A stretch of 64,000 bases of DNA from positions 227,609 to 291,608 of the forward strand of contig CAVOQY010000004.1 in the NCBI GenBank assembly GCA_963698465.1, given 5' to 3'. A program made the translations under genes and the position numbers. The notes under the pieces were generated by a model. That model searched no databases and was not told where the DNA came from. It worked only from the letters and a program-made list of their open reading frames with translations. Positions 9,777 to 19,137 of this stretch are shown here, piece by piece; the stretch's first letter is position 1; the number at the start of each line of letters is the position of its first letter. Origin of the DNA: an uncultured delta proteobacterium (GTDB lineage: Bacteria > Desulfobacterota > Desulfobacteria > Desulfobacterales > UBA2156).

Positions 9777-10546
9777 ACGCCAATCATCGGATGAACCTCA
9801 TCTGCACGGACATGGAGGGGATTTTCACCCCCGAGATCTGGATCAACGTGGCGAAAAAGACCGGCATTGACGACCTCAGGCTCACCACCCGAGACGTGCC
9901 GGACTACGACGTCCTCATGAAGCGCCGGCTGGCCATTCTGAGCCGGCACGGCATCACGCTGAAGGATATCCAGAAGGTGATCTCGAAAATGGACCCGCTT
10001 CCCGGCGCCCTGGACTTTTTGAACTGGATGCGTTCCAAGTTCCAAGTCATCGTCGTTTCGGACACCTATGTCGAGTTTGCCGGGCCGCTTCTGGAAAAAC
10101 TCGGGAGGCCCACCCTTTTCTGCCACTCCCTCACGGTGAACTCCAACGGCGCCATCGTCGATTACAACCTCAGGCAACCCGAGGCGAAGAAGAAGACCGT
10201 CCTCTCCCTGAAAAGCCTGAACTACCGGGTCATCGGTATCGGCGACTCGTACAACGACATCCTCATGCTCCAGGCGGCGGACAGCGCCGTCCTGTTCCAC
10301 CCGCCGGAAAACGTGAAAAGGGAATACCCGGAGTTTCCGGTTGCAGAAGCCTACGGAGAACTGAAGGAGATCCTGATCAACCTCACGGACGAAAAACACC
10401 GGGAGCGCTTGAAATGGATGCGGCGCACCGGGCACGCTTCAGGGTCATCTACGGCGACACCGACAAAATGGGGTTCGCCTATTACGGCAACTACCTGCGC
10501 TGGTTTGAAATCGGTCGGACCGAGCTTTTCCGTGCCTGGGGGTTGA
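9773..10546 (+). CDS. thrH: Bifunctional phosphoserine phosphatase/homoserine phosphotransferase (HAD); 3' end doubtful
   Basis: DMEGIFTPEIW, LTTRDVPDYDVLM, IVVSDT, GDSYND; overlaps next gene by 133 nt, homology appears to end near 10400. Confidence 0.85.
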   Translation: MNANHRMNLICTDMEGIFTPEIWINVAKKTGIDDLRLTTRDVPDYDVLMKRRLAILSRHGITLKDIQKVISKMDPLPGALDFLNWMRSKFQVIVVSDTYVEFAGPLLEKLGRPTLFCHSLTVNSNGAIVDYNLRQPEAKKKTVLSLKSLNYRVIGIGDSYNDILMLQAADSAVLFHPPENVKREYPEFPVAEAYGELKEILINLTDEKHRERLKWMRRTGHASGSSTATPTKWGSPITATTCAGLKSVGPSFSVPGG

Positions 10547-10851
10547 CCTACCGGGTCATCGAGGAAAAGGGGGTCTTTTTGCCGGTTTCCGAGGCCTTCT
10601 GCAAATACGCCGCCCCGTTGAAATACGACGAATTGCTGGTGGTGGAAACCCGCCTCGACCCGAAGGTGAAAGGCGGCATCAAGTTCGACTACCGGATCCT
10701 GGATCCGGAAAAAGAAGCCCTGCGCGCCTCCGGATACACCCTGCACGCCTGCATGAACCCGGAGGGCCGGGTGATCCGCCCCCCCGCTTTTCTGACGCAG
10801 TTGATCCGGGAGCAAACTTCTGCAGCGGCGAGCATCGCGGAGGAATCTTGA
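10414..10851 (+). CDS. Acyl-CoA thioesterase, YbgC/FadM (4HBT) family
   Basis: RVIYGDTDKMGFAYYGNYLRWFEIGRTE hot-dog motif. Confidence 0.9.
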   Translation: MDAAHRARFRVIYGDTDKMGFAYYGNYLRWFEIGRTELFRAWGLTYRVIEEKGVFLPVSEAFCKYAAPLKYDELLVVETRLDPKVKGGIKFDYRILDPEKEALRASGYTLHACMNPEGRVIRPPAFLTQLIREQTSAAASIAEES

Positions 10852-11849
10852 AAAAGCACCCGGTTCTTGAAATCGATTTCAGCCGGTTTTCCCAATGCCG
10901 GATACTCGTCGTCGGGGACCTGATGATCGACGAATACATCTGGGGGGACGTGGACCGCATCTCCCCGGAAGCGCCGGTCCCCGTGGTTCTGGTTAAAAAC
11001 GAAAGCTTCACCCTCGGGGGCTCCGGGAACGTGATCCACAACCTGGCCACACTGGGCGCCCGGGTCCGCGCCGTCGGCGTGGTCGGCACCGGAAGAAACG
11101 GCAGCCGGGTCTTGAAGAAACTGGAAGAGCTCGGAGTGGACACCGAAGGGGTCATCCGGGACCCCGAACGCCCCACCATCCAGAAGACGCGGATCATCGC
11201 CGTGAGCCAGCATGTCCTGCGCCTCGACCGTGAAATCCCCAGAGAAGTTTCCCGAAAAACCTGCACGAAGCTGACCGCCGCCATCCGGAAGGCCGTCCCG
11301 GAAACGGACGTGATCCTTGTCTCCGACTATGGAAAAGGCCTGGTCACCGGCACCCTGCTCTCCCAGACCCTGAAGGCCGCCAGGGCGCACAGGAAATTCG
11401 TCATTGCGGATCCCAAAGGGTTCAGCTTCGATAAATACGCCGGGGTCTCCCTCCTGACCCCAAACAAGAAAGAAGCCGGAATCGCCGCAGGGATGGAAAT
11501 CGTGGACCGGCCTTCCCTGAAAAAGGCGGCGGAAAAAATCCTTCAGAGCGTGGACATCGGCAGGCTGCTCATCACGCTGGGAAAAGACGGCATGATCCTT
11601 TTCGAAAAAGGGAAAAAGCCCATGGCCATCCGCGCCCAGGCCCGGCAGGTCTATGACGTCTCCGGTGCGGGGGACACGGTCCTGGCCGTCCTCGGCCTTG
11701 CCATCGCCACCGGGGCGGCCCTCGAAACGGCCATGCGCCTGGCCAACGCGGCGGCCGGCATCGTCGTCGGAAAGGTGGGAACGGCCCCGGTCACCCTGGA
11801 AGAGCTCAGGAACGCGGTCGCTTTACCCACTGCTTCCCATGACCGGTGA
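10848..11849 (+). CDS. rfaE1: D-glycero-beta-D-manno-heptose-7-phosphate kinase (stand-alone HldE kinase domain)
   Basis: VVGDLMIDEY, RISPEAPVPV, SDYGKG, LTPNKKE, VYDVSGAGDT, GKVGTA; TTG start. Confidence 0.92.
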   Translation: MKKHPVLEIDFSRFSQCRILVVGDLMIDEYIWGDVDRISPEAPVPVVLVKNESFTLGGSGNVIHNLATLGARVRAVGVVGTGRNGSRVLKKLEELGVDTEGVIRDPERPTIQKTRIIAVSQHVLRLDREIPREVSRKTCTKLTAAIRKAVPETDVILVSDYGKGLVTGTLLSQTLKAARAHRKFVIADPKGFSFDKYAGVSLLTPNKKEAGIAAGMEIVDRPSLKKAAEKILQSVDIGRLLITLGKDGMILFEKGKKPMAIRAQARQVYDVSGAGDTVLAVLGLAIATGAALETAMRLANAAAGIVVGKVGTAPVTLEELRNAVALPTASHDR

Positions 11850-12183
11850 AGGGCCCCTGGACATCCAGGACTGCCGGACATACCTTCTCTTCAAGGTCCA
11901 CGTCCTTCCGAAATCCTCCAGAAACGCCATAGCCGGAAAGCACCTGGACGCCTTGAAGATCAAGATCACGGCCCCGCCTTCGGAAGGCCTGGCCAACAGG
12001 ATGTGCATCGACTTCTTATCCAGGCAGCTCAAGACTCCGAAGTCCTGTCTTTTCATCGTCTCGGGGCAGACCGGCCGTACCAAACGGATCCGCTTCACGC
12101 CTTCTGCCAAGTCCGATCCGAAATTTGAAATAAAACGCGTCAAAGGGATCGTCATTTCCCTTGCATTCGGAAAAACATCTTGA
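11839..12183 (+). CDS. DUF167 (YggU/UPF0235) family protein
   Basis: VHVLPKSSRNAI, LKIKITAPPSEGLAN, IVSGQTGRTK; start at ATG 11839. Confidence 0.8.
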   Translation: MTGEGPLDIQDCRTYLLFKVHVLPKSSRNAIAGKHLDALKIKITAPPSEGLANRMCIDFLSRQLKTPKSCLFIVSGQTGRTKRIRFTPSAKSDPKFEIKRVKGIVISLAFGKTS

Positions 12184-12208
12184 CATCTATAGGATAAAAA
12201 CCTATTTT
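12180..12208 (+). promoter_or_regulatory. Sigma70 promoter for tRNA-fMet
   Basis: TTGACA-17 nt-TATTTT, 18 nt before the tRNA. Confidence 0.65.
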
Positions 12209-12226
12209 AAGGTTTCGACAAATTGA

Positions 12227-12303
<77 letters not shown>

Positions 12304-12311
12304 AACAAATC

Positions 12312-12349
12312 AAGGGGTTGCGGCGATAAGCCGTAACCCCTTCGTATTT
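12312..12349 (+). terminator. Hairpin after tRNA-fMet (terminator-like, overlaps IHF consensus)
   Basis: AAGGGGTTGCGGC-GATAA-GCCGTAACCCCTT followed by CGTATTT. Confidence 0.6.
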
Positions 12350-12715
12350 ATCTCCGTTAAAATTTTCGTCACTCAACCCGAATTCCGGCCCGATTTGCAG
12401 ACCCCCTGCACTTCTCCCCCGGAACTCTCTGATTATATAGCCGAATCTTTTCGGGGCAGTATCTCCCCTATCGCCATCGAAAATCTGTGTTAAAAGGGCT
12501 GTTTGTTACGCATAGACAGGCACAGTTTTTTCGCGTGAAATGACCAATTTGACCAACTTCACGAAATATGTCATGTGAATATTATTGCTTTCAGAGTCCG
12601 ACTTGAGAATCGGTCGGAATATTGCTTGCTGGATATCAAAGCGCGCTTGCCTTGCACCCGCAAAAAAACACTCTTTTAACCTTTTATAACCACAGACTCC
12701 TGGGTTGGTGAAACG

Positions 12716-13864
12716 ATGGTTATAAAGGATCCAACCTTGATCATCTGCGGAATCGTGCTTTTGTTTTGGTCGGCGATTACCGCTAAATGTATACTGGCAC
12801 AAAAACGCGTTCGTTGGCTTTCTCCTGTGTCCAACTCTGCAATTGTGCCGGAAACCCTCAGTGTCATTATTCCCGCCCGGAATGAAGAGGAAGATATCGC
12901 GGCTTCTCTTTATTCGGTACTGAATCAGGAAGGCGTCGATCTGGAAGTGATTGTCGTAAACGATCACTCCTTCGATCATACGCGCGAAGTTGCAGATCAT
13001 ATCGCCCGATCTGACCCGCGATTGAGGGTTCTCCATGACCCACCTTTGCCCAAAGGATGGCTGGGCAAGTGCAATGCCATGCAGAAAGGAGCTGAAGCTG
13101 CTAACGGAGCCTATCTGCTGTTTGCCGATGCGGACATCCTCCACAGCCCTGCCTGTTTGGCCACGGCGTACAACTTGATGAAAGAAGAATCCTATGATTT
13201 CATAAGCTTATTGCCTTTTCTGGAGAACCGCTCTTTCTGGGAAAATGTGAACATTCCCATCTATTTCTTTGGGCTTGCAAAACTGTTGGCAACGCCCGGG
13301 CTGGAGGATCCTGAATCACCCAACGCACTGGCATCGGGAGCGCTTATGCTCCTCAGCGCTCGGACCTTTCGCGACGTTGGGGGCTTTGAGGACATTAAAG
13401 GCGAGATGCTGGACGACGTCGGATTCGCGCGCCTGCTTAAAAAACACCGCTATCGTGTCGGCTTCAGGATTGCGCCAGAGTGCTTGCGGGTGAGGCTGTT
13501 TAAAAATTCCCGTGACGCCTTTTGGGGTACAACCAAAAATATTTTAACAGCGGTAGAGGGACGGACCTGGCTTGCGATTCCCTTGATGATACTGGGAGTT
13601 TTGGTGCATTGGACCCCATTGCTCGCAGTGGTTCTTGGGACTTTGGATTCCAATGAACTTCTTCTGCTGGCGGGTGTGGCCACTTACGGAATTCAGTACT
13701 TCAGTTTTTTTTCCGTCCGTCGCCTGATGGGTTTTTATCCGCTCAAGCTCCTGTTTTTCCCCTTGGCTGCCCTTGTGGCCTCGTGCTGTATTGTGCGCGC
13801 ACTCTCGTACCACATCAAAGGCACCCTTTTTTGGCGTGGAAGGGAGATAAAAGTCAGGGGATAG
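12716..13864 (+). CDS. GT2 glycosyltransferase, HpnB/CrtQ-like membrane subfamily
   Basis: SVIIPARNEE, VVNDHSFD, PLPKGWLGK, LLFADAD, MLDDVGFAR; N- and C-terminal TM segments; visibly more AT-rich than neighbours. Confidence 0.85.
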   Translation: MVIKDPTLIICGIVLLFWSAITAKCILAQKRVRWLSPVSNSAIVPETLSVIIPARNEEEDIAASLYSVLNQEGVDLEVIVVNDHSFDHTREVADHIARSDPRLRVLHDPPLPKGWLGKCNAMQKGAEAANGAYLLFADADILHSPACLATAYNLMKEESYDFISLLPFLENRSFWENVNIPIYFFGLAKLLATPGLEDPESPNALASGALMLLSARTFRDVGGFEDIKGEMLDDVGFARLLKKHRYRVGFRIAPECLRVRLFKNSRDAFWGTTKNILTAVEGRTWLAIPLMILGVLVHWTPLLAVVLGTLDSNELLLLAGVATYGIQYFSFFSVRRLMGFYPLKLLFFPLAALVASCCIVRALSYHIKGTLFWRGREIKVRG

Positions 13865-13908
13865 GGATAATCATCCCCAGTTACCTTTGAATAATTTCAT
13901 GGGCGCAC

Positions 13909-13977
13909 TCACCCCGGAGAAAGCCGGGGTCCGGTAACTTCAACTACTTCTGGATGCCGGATCAGGTCCGGCATGAC
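13909..13977. repeat. REP-like two-hairpin palindromic element
   Basis: ACCCCGG-AGAAAG-CCGGGGT then ATGCCGGA-TCAGG-TCCGGCAT between convergent genes. Confidence 0.55.
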
Positions 13978-14046
13978 GGAAATTGCCGTTTTTCAAAGGC
14001 CTGCCCCAAACGCAGAAAAACCAGAGCCGAATTTTCATGCCTTTTC

Positions 14047-15774
14047 TTACGTTTCGGTTCTTTTGGCCGTCTCCTCGTCGCGCAGGACGCGGCGAAGGAC
14101 TTTCCCCACAAGGGTTTTGGGGAGGGTATCCCGGAACTCGACTGCAGAAGGGACCTTGTAGCGCGCCATGTTTTCCCTGCACCAGTCGATGATCATCTGG
14201 CCGGTGACGCGGCCGGCGGCACCTTCCTTGAGAACCACAAACGCTTTGAGAGCCTCTCCGACATCCGGGTCCGGAATCCCGACGACCGCCGCCTCAAGGA
14301 TGTCCGGGTGCGAGTAGAGATGGTCTTCGACCTCCTTGGGGAAGACCGAGTAGCCTTTGTGCTTGACGAGATCCCGGGCCCGATCCTTGATGAAGGTCCA
14401 GCCGCGTTCGTCTATATACCCGACATCGCCCGTGTGAAGCCAGCCGTCGCGAAGCGCTTTTGCGGTCTCTTCCGGCCGATTGAGATAACCCTTCATCACC
14501 TGTGGACCCTTCACGCAGATTTCACCCACCTGGTCTTCGCCGATCCCGAGCACCTTCTGCCCGGTTTCCAGGTCCACGATCCTGACGTCGGTGTTCGGAA
14601 AGGGGAGGCCGATGGATCCCATGACCCGCTCCCTTCCTTCCGGCAGGACGAAAGGATTGGCGTGGGCCACCGGTGAGGATTCGCTCAGTCCGTACCCTTC
14701 CACCACCAGGGCCCCGAATTTCTTTTCGAAGGTGACCTGGACCTCCCGGGGCAGAGGCCCCGCTCCGGAAAGGCAGCGCGTAAGCGGACTGAGATCGTAT
14801 TTTTCCAATCCGGGAGTGTTGTTGATCTTGTTGAACAGGACGGCAACGCCGGGCATGCAGAGCCGGGTTCCTTTTCCCCATTTCTCCAGGGTTCGGGCCC
14901 ATTCGTGAAAATCTTCCGGAGGCCTGGGGAACAGAAGCATGAACCCGCCGGTGGCCACGGCGATGTTCATCACACAGGTCATGGCAAAGACGTGGAACAA
15001 GGGGAGCACCCCCACCCAGCCGGCATCCCGGGGAAAATCGGAGCCGATCCAGAACTTGCCGCTGATCGAATTGCTCACGAGGTTCTGGGCCGTGAGCATC
15101 GCTCCTTTTGGGGTCCCGGTGGTGCCCCCGGTGTACTGCAGCACCGCCACATCCTCCACCGGATCGACCTCGACGGCAGGAGGAGTGGGGTCGGCGGCCA
15201 GCAGGTCGGTCAGGCGAAGCGCGGTGGGGGGCATTTTCCCCTGGGGGATCTTCTTGAGCTTTTTGCCGAGGAACACCTTGAAAAAGGAAAACCCGCACAG
15301 GTCCACAATATTGGTGCCGATCACATGCTGGACGGCCGTTCCCTCCAAGGCCTTTCCCACAGCCTCGTATACGGCGTCGAGGACCACGAGGGCCTTGGCC
15401 CCGGAATCCCGGAGCTGGTGACGGATCTCCATCGGCTTGTAGGTGGGATTGATCGCCGTGGCGGTGATGCCGAGCCTCTGGCAGGCATAGAAGGCCACCA
15501 CGAACTGATGGGAGTTGGGCAGCATCATCGCCACCACGTCCCCCTTGCGCAGGCCCAGGGCGTGGAAAGCCGCGGCAACACGGTCGACCAGCTCGTCCAA
15601 CCGCCGGTAGGTCATCACGGTATCCAGAAATACGATGGCCTTGTCATCCGGATAGGCCCGGGCGGTCCGGCGGAGCATCTCAGACAGGCCGTAGTCCGGC
15701 AGGTCGATCATCTGGGGCACGCCCTGCGGCCAGTCGCCGTACCAGGGTCGATCCCCGAGGCTGTTGTTATCCAT
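14047..15774 (-). CDS. Long-chain fatty acid--CoA ligase (FadD-like)
   Basis: LQYTGGTTGTPKGAML, EGYGLSE, GWLHTGDVG, LPKTLVGKVLRR; start after GGAGG RBS. Confidence 0.9.
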   Translation of the reverse strand: MDNNSLGDRPWYGDWPQGVPQMIDLPDYGLSEMLRRTARAYPDDKAIVFLDTVMTYRRLDELVDRVAAAFHALGLRKGDVVAMMLPNSHQFVVAFYACQRLGITATAINPTYKPMEIRHQLRDSGAKALVVLDAVYEAVGKALEGTAVQHVIGTNIVDLCGFSFFKVFLGKKLKKIPQGKMPPTALRLTDLLAADPTPPAVEVDPVEDVAVLQYTGGTTGTPKGAMLTAQNLVSNSISGKFWIGSDFPRDAGWVGVLPLFHVFAMTCVMNIAVATGGFMLLFPRPPEDFHEWARTLEKWGKGTRLCMPGVAVLFNKINNTPGLEKYDLSPLTRCLSGAGPLPREVQVTFEKKFGALVVEGYGLSESSPVAHANPFVLPEGRERVMGSIGLPFPNTDVRIVDLETGQKVLGIGEDQVGEICVKGPQVMKGYLNRPEETAKALRDGWLHTGDVGYIDERGWTFIKDRARDLVKHKGYSVFPKEVEDHLYSHPDILEAAVVGIPDPDVGEALKAFVVLKEGAAGRVTGQMIIDWCRENMARYKVPSAVEFRDTLPKTLVGKVLRRVLRDEETAKRTET

Positions 15775-16083
15775 CGGGCTCTCCTCCATTGTATGCGGTC
15801 TTTGCCGAACCCGCCGCGCGGCCTTCTATCGCCCGGCGGCCGAATAGATCGAACACTCAGATCCCTGACCGGAAAACGGTTTCCGACAGCTGACCCCTCC
15901 CGTTTCCATGCAGGCAAGCTTTCTTTTATTCCAGATAAAATGCGCTGTCAATGTAGTGTTTATCGCTCAATCCAGCTTTGCTGAATGCGTATAATATCGG
16001 CGCGGTATCAAGTCACCTATGGTACTGAAAGGCGTGGCATAAGGTCGGGGTTCCGCCTTTGCTCCTCGAGATTCTTCTTGGAA

Positions 16084-17562
16084 TCAGTCAGTCGACCCTG
16101 TAAGGCTTGTATGTTCCATGTACTGGCGGATGAATTTCTCCGGAACCTCGAGCTTGGAAAATAGGCTTTTAAATGAAAGGGCATTTCTGAGCAGAGTAAA
16201 AAAGCCGATCCTGGATCGTTTCATCAATTGCAGGGCGTAGCAACAATTGTAAACAAACTGAAAAACCGGATTCGGCTTGAGCTTTATAAGCTGAAAGATG
16301 ATGGGCTGAAGAAAGGGAAACCAAACCGCCAGAGGGAAGAATTTCTGCAGATTCATCATTTGGCGGATGTCCTTTTTCTCAGAAACCGACCCTGAAAAGT
16401 AACTGCCTCCGATCTCGTCTACAGGGAGAATCCTTTCGTTTTCCTTTTCGAGTTTCTCTCGTATTTTGGTGCCCGGATAAGGCTGCAAAATAGAACACCA
16501 GGGAAAATCAGGGCGGATCTTTGCATTCATTTTAACAGTCTGAACGGCGTCCTCCAGGGTCTCTCCTGGAAGACACACCATGTTGTAAGTGCCGAATCGG
16601 ATTTTATGTTTTTGAAACAAACGTGCAGCTTCGAATATTTCCTCATCCTTAACCCCTTTTGCCAGTTGACCGTTTCGAATGCTTTGTACTCCTGATTCGA
16701 CACCAAAAACAGTCGAAACACATCCCGCTTTCTTCAAAGCCACCACAAGCGCTTCGTCCACAAGGTTGGCTCGAACCGTGGAAAGAAAGGGAAGCCCGAT
16801 TTCCTTTCTGTATCGATCGAGGAATGGATAAATAAAATCCCTCTTTACGATCAGGATATCATCGGAAAAGCTTACGAAGCGAAGTGGATACCTCTTTTTC
16901 ACATCCTGAATTTCCGCAATGATATCCTCGGGGCTGCGGAATCGGACCCACTTACCCTTGCCGTGGTAAAGCTTCATCAAGGAGTGATTGGCGCAGAAAT
17001 TGCATCGGTAGGAACAGCCCCTGCCCGCCATGAAGTTTTTCGAAGGCTCAGCCCCGGCTATGGGATAAAAATCATAATAAGTCCGATCCGGCCAAGGCAT
17101 ACGGTCCAAATTTTCAATCAGAGGCCGAATCGGGTTCTTGATGACTTCTCCGTCCCTCGCAGTCCATAGGTTTGGGATGAGCAAAAGGTCTCCTTCGCCG
17201 TCCAAGGCTTTTCCCAGTTCATCCGCGGCTTGTTCCCCTTCACCCAGACAAACATAATCCACGTCAGGGTGGTTGACCATTTCGGGGTGAAACGTGGGAT
17301 GAGGGCCGCCAAAGATTGAAATGGTTTCAGGGTAGACCTTTTTGTACCGATGGGCAAAAAAGACCGCTTTCAAATGCATGCCCGTCGTGCAGGAAAAACC
17401 TATAACCTGAGGATTATAGGCAGCCACACCTGAAAAGGCGCTGGCTCTGTCATCGTCAATGAATATTCTGGCCTCATGACCTGCGCGCCTGAGGTAGGCG
17501 CTTATGGACATCAATCCCAGATTTTCGGTGTGAATGTTTTGTATGAGGGCAAAACGAGCCAT
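16084..17562 (-). CDS. Cobalamin-binding radical SAM protein
   Basis: B12-binding N-terminus (LGLMSISAYL, GGPHPTF, GEGE); GRGCSYRCNFC; FGVESG; start at MARFALIQ; AT-richer than flanks. Confidence 0.88.
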   Translation of the reverse strand: MARFALIQNIHTENLGLMSISAYLRRAGHEARIFIDDDRASAFSGVAAYNPQVIGFSCTTGMHLKAVFFAHRYKKVYPETISIFGGPHPTFHPEMVNHPDVDYVCLGEGEQAADELGKALDGEGDLLLIPNLWTARDGEVIKNPIRPLIENLDRMPWPDRTYYDFYPIAGAEPSKNFMAGRGCSYRCNFCANHSLMKLYHGKGKWVRFRSPEDIIAEIQDVKKRYPLRFVSFSDDILIVKRDFIYPFLDRYRKEIGLPFLSTVRANLVDEALVVALKKAGCVSTVFGVESGVQSIRNGQLAKGVKDEEIFEAARLFQKHKIRFGTYNMVCLPGETLEDAVQTVKMNAKIRPDFPWCSILQPYPGTKIREKLEKENERILPVDEIGGSYFSGSVSEKKDIRQMMNLQKFFPLAVWFPFLQPIIFQLIKLKPNPVFQFVYNCCYALQLMKRSRIGFFTLLRNALSFKSLFSKLEVPEKFIRQYMEHTSLTGSTD

Positions 17563-17853
17563 AGCTTTCAAGTTTCCTTCAGCGCTGTTGTGTATGCTAA
17601 ATGCGGGATTTAACAGTGCGATCCTGTTAGGGGATTTTAACCGCGAATTGTGCGAAACGGAGCGAATTCTAATAAAAAACGAATAGGGCAACAGAGATAG
17701 GATCGCAGTTGAACAGCAATTTTCTATCATCTTCAAGATCGGCACGCAAGACTTTTTTAGGAAATTTGGTTGTCGGATCCCTTGCGTTTCTGATCCGGCT
17801 TCCTTAATTTAAGAAACAAACACCATGAAAGGCTAAATGGACCCTCTCCCATT

Positions 17854-19083
17854 ATGATCACCATCACAAGTTTTTTCCACAGAAACACGGTCAAAGATCT
17901 GATCTCCAGGTGGATGTACAACGCTCCCCAACCCTCGGATGCCGATGCCCTCGGGCGCCTGGTGCATTTCAACAGGGCCGCTATACAGCGCTATCTCGGG
18001 GCATTTTCTGAAACGATTTTCGGCTTGTTCCACGAGGCCCCGCTGAGAGTGCGACGGGCCTTGCGCAAAGGGGACCTCAAAGACGTGATCGTGGAAAACC
18101 TCCCTCACTGCAACCCGAGAATCGATGCCATGGTGTCGGCCTACCGGTCCGAGCCCGGCGCATACTATAGAGAAACCCCTTTCAACGGAATGCTTTATTT
18201 CGTGGACGAAGCCGGCGTCCCCCGCTATGTCGGCGCCAACCGCATCAAGCGCTCGAGGCGGCTGGCGGAAAAAAGCGCCCGCCGCATCATCGACCGGATG
18301 TTCACCGACATCAAAAAGCGCGCCGATCTTCTTGCCCAGGAACGGGCCCTGCACATAGGGGTTTCCTTCACCTTCCTGATCACCCCGCCTTCGGAGATGG
18401 TCGAAGAGTTCCTCAAGGCAGAAGGCCGCCTGCTCGACGACTTGAAAAACGGCCGCCCAATCGAAGAAAACCACGGCCTGATCATCCGGGACGTGGCCGG
18501 GTTAAAGGTCATCGTGGACGACGTCCGAACGGAAGCTTTTTTCGAACGCATCGCCGAGACCAAGTGCTGCGAACTGGTGGAAAAGGAGCGGCACAGCGGC
18601 CGGTATAACGCCTCCAATCTGATCGTCCGATACACGCCTGACAAGGAGAGCCTTCTTGAAAAGCCCCTGGACGAACGGACCCTCGCGGCCATGGAAAACC
18701 GGGGCATGGAGGCGGAAAAAGCCCAGTCGGAGTTCCGGGATTTCGTCCTGACGGCCGAAGACAGCGTCGAAGTCGAAGTCATCGTGTGCAATTACCAGGA
18801 AATGCTGGAAAGCGAGATCGGTCGATCCATGCACGAGGAACGCATTCTCCGACAGCGCCTGGATCAGCAGTACACGGGGCAGCTGGCCCGCAACATCGAG
18901 TTTCTACTGGAGTACCTGTTCGCCTTCGCGGAATCGGGAAAAACCGAACTGGCCGCTCTTCCCATCCGGCTCTGGGACCGGTATCTTCCCGACTACTTCG
19001 ATCTGGTCCTGAAAGCCCTTTACGACCCTCCCCGCCGCGATGAAAATAAACTTCCACCGGACACCGACGGGGCATCCGCATAG
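17854..19083 (+). CDS. Hypothetical protein with divergent RelA/SpoT synthetase-like (nucleotidyltransferase) motifs
   Basis: 409-aa ORF; ordered motifs RIKRSRRLAEK, DVAGLKVI, GRYNASNLIV, EVEVIV, SEIGRSMH; CDS solid, function tentative. Confidence 0.6.
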   Translation: MITITSFFHRNTVKDLISRWMYNAPQPSDADALGRLVHFNRAAIQRYLGAFSETIFGLFHEAPLRVRRALRKGDLKDVIVENLPHCNPRIDAMVSAYRSEPGAYYRETPFNGMLYFVDEAGVPRYVGANRIKRSRRLAEKSARRIIDRMFTDIKKRADLLAQERALHIGVSFTFLITPPSEMVEEFLKAEGRLLDDLKNGRPIEENHGLIIRDVAGLKVIVDDVRTEAFFERIAETKCCELVEKERHSGRYNASNLIVRYTPDKESLLEKPLDERTLAAMENRGMEAEKAQSEFRDFVLTAEDSVEVEVIVCNYQEMLESEIGRSMHEERILRQRLDQQYTGQLARNIEFLLEYLFAFAESGKTELAALPIRLWDRYLPDYFDLVLKALYDPPRRDENKLPPDTDGASA

Positions 19084-19102
19084 GCTTGTCCCAAGCATTC
19101 CA

Positions 19103-19131
19103 TTGACCGCCCACCATTTTACTGATAAGCT
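19103..19131 (+). promoter_or_regulatory. Sigma70 promoter, likely leaderless start for the rhodanese gene
   Basis: TTGACC-17 nt-TAAGCT with extended TGn; ATG follows after 6 nt, no SD. Confidence 0.5.
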
Positions 19132-19137
19132 TTTTCC

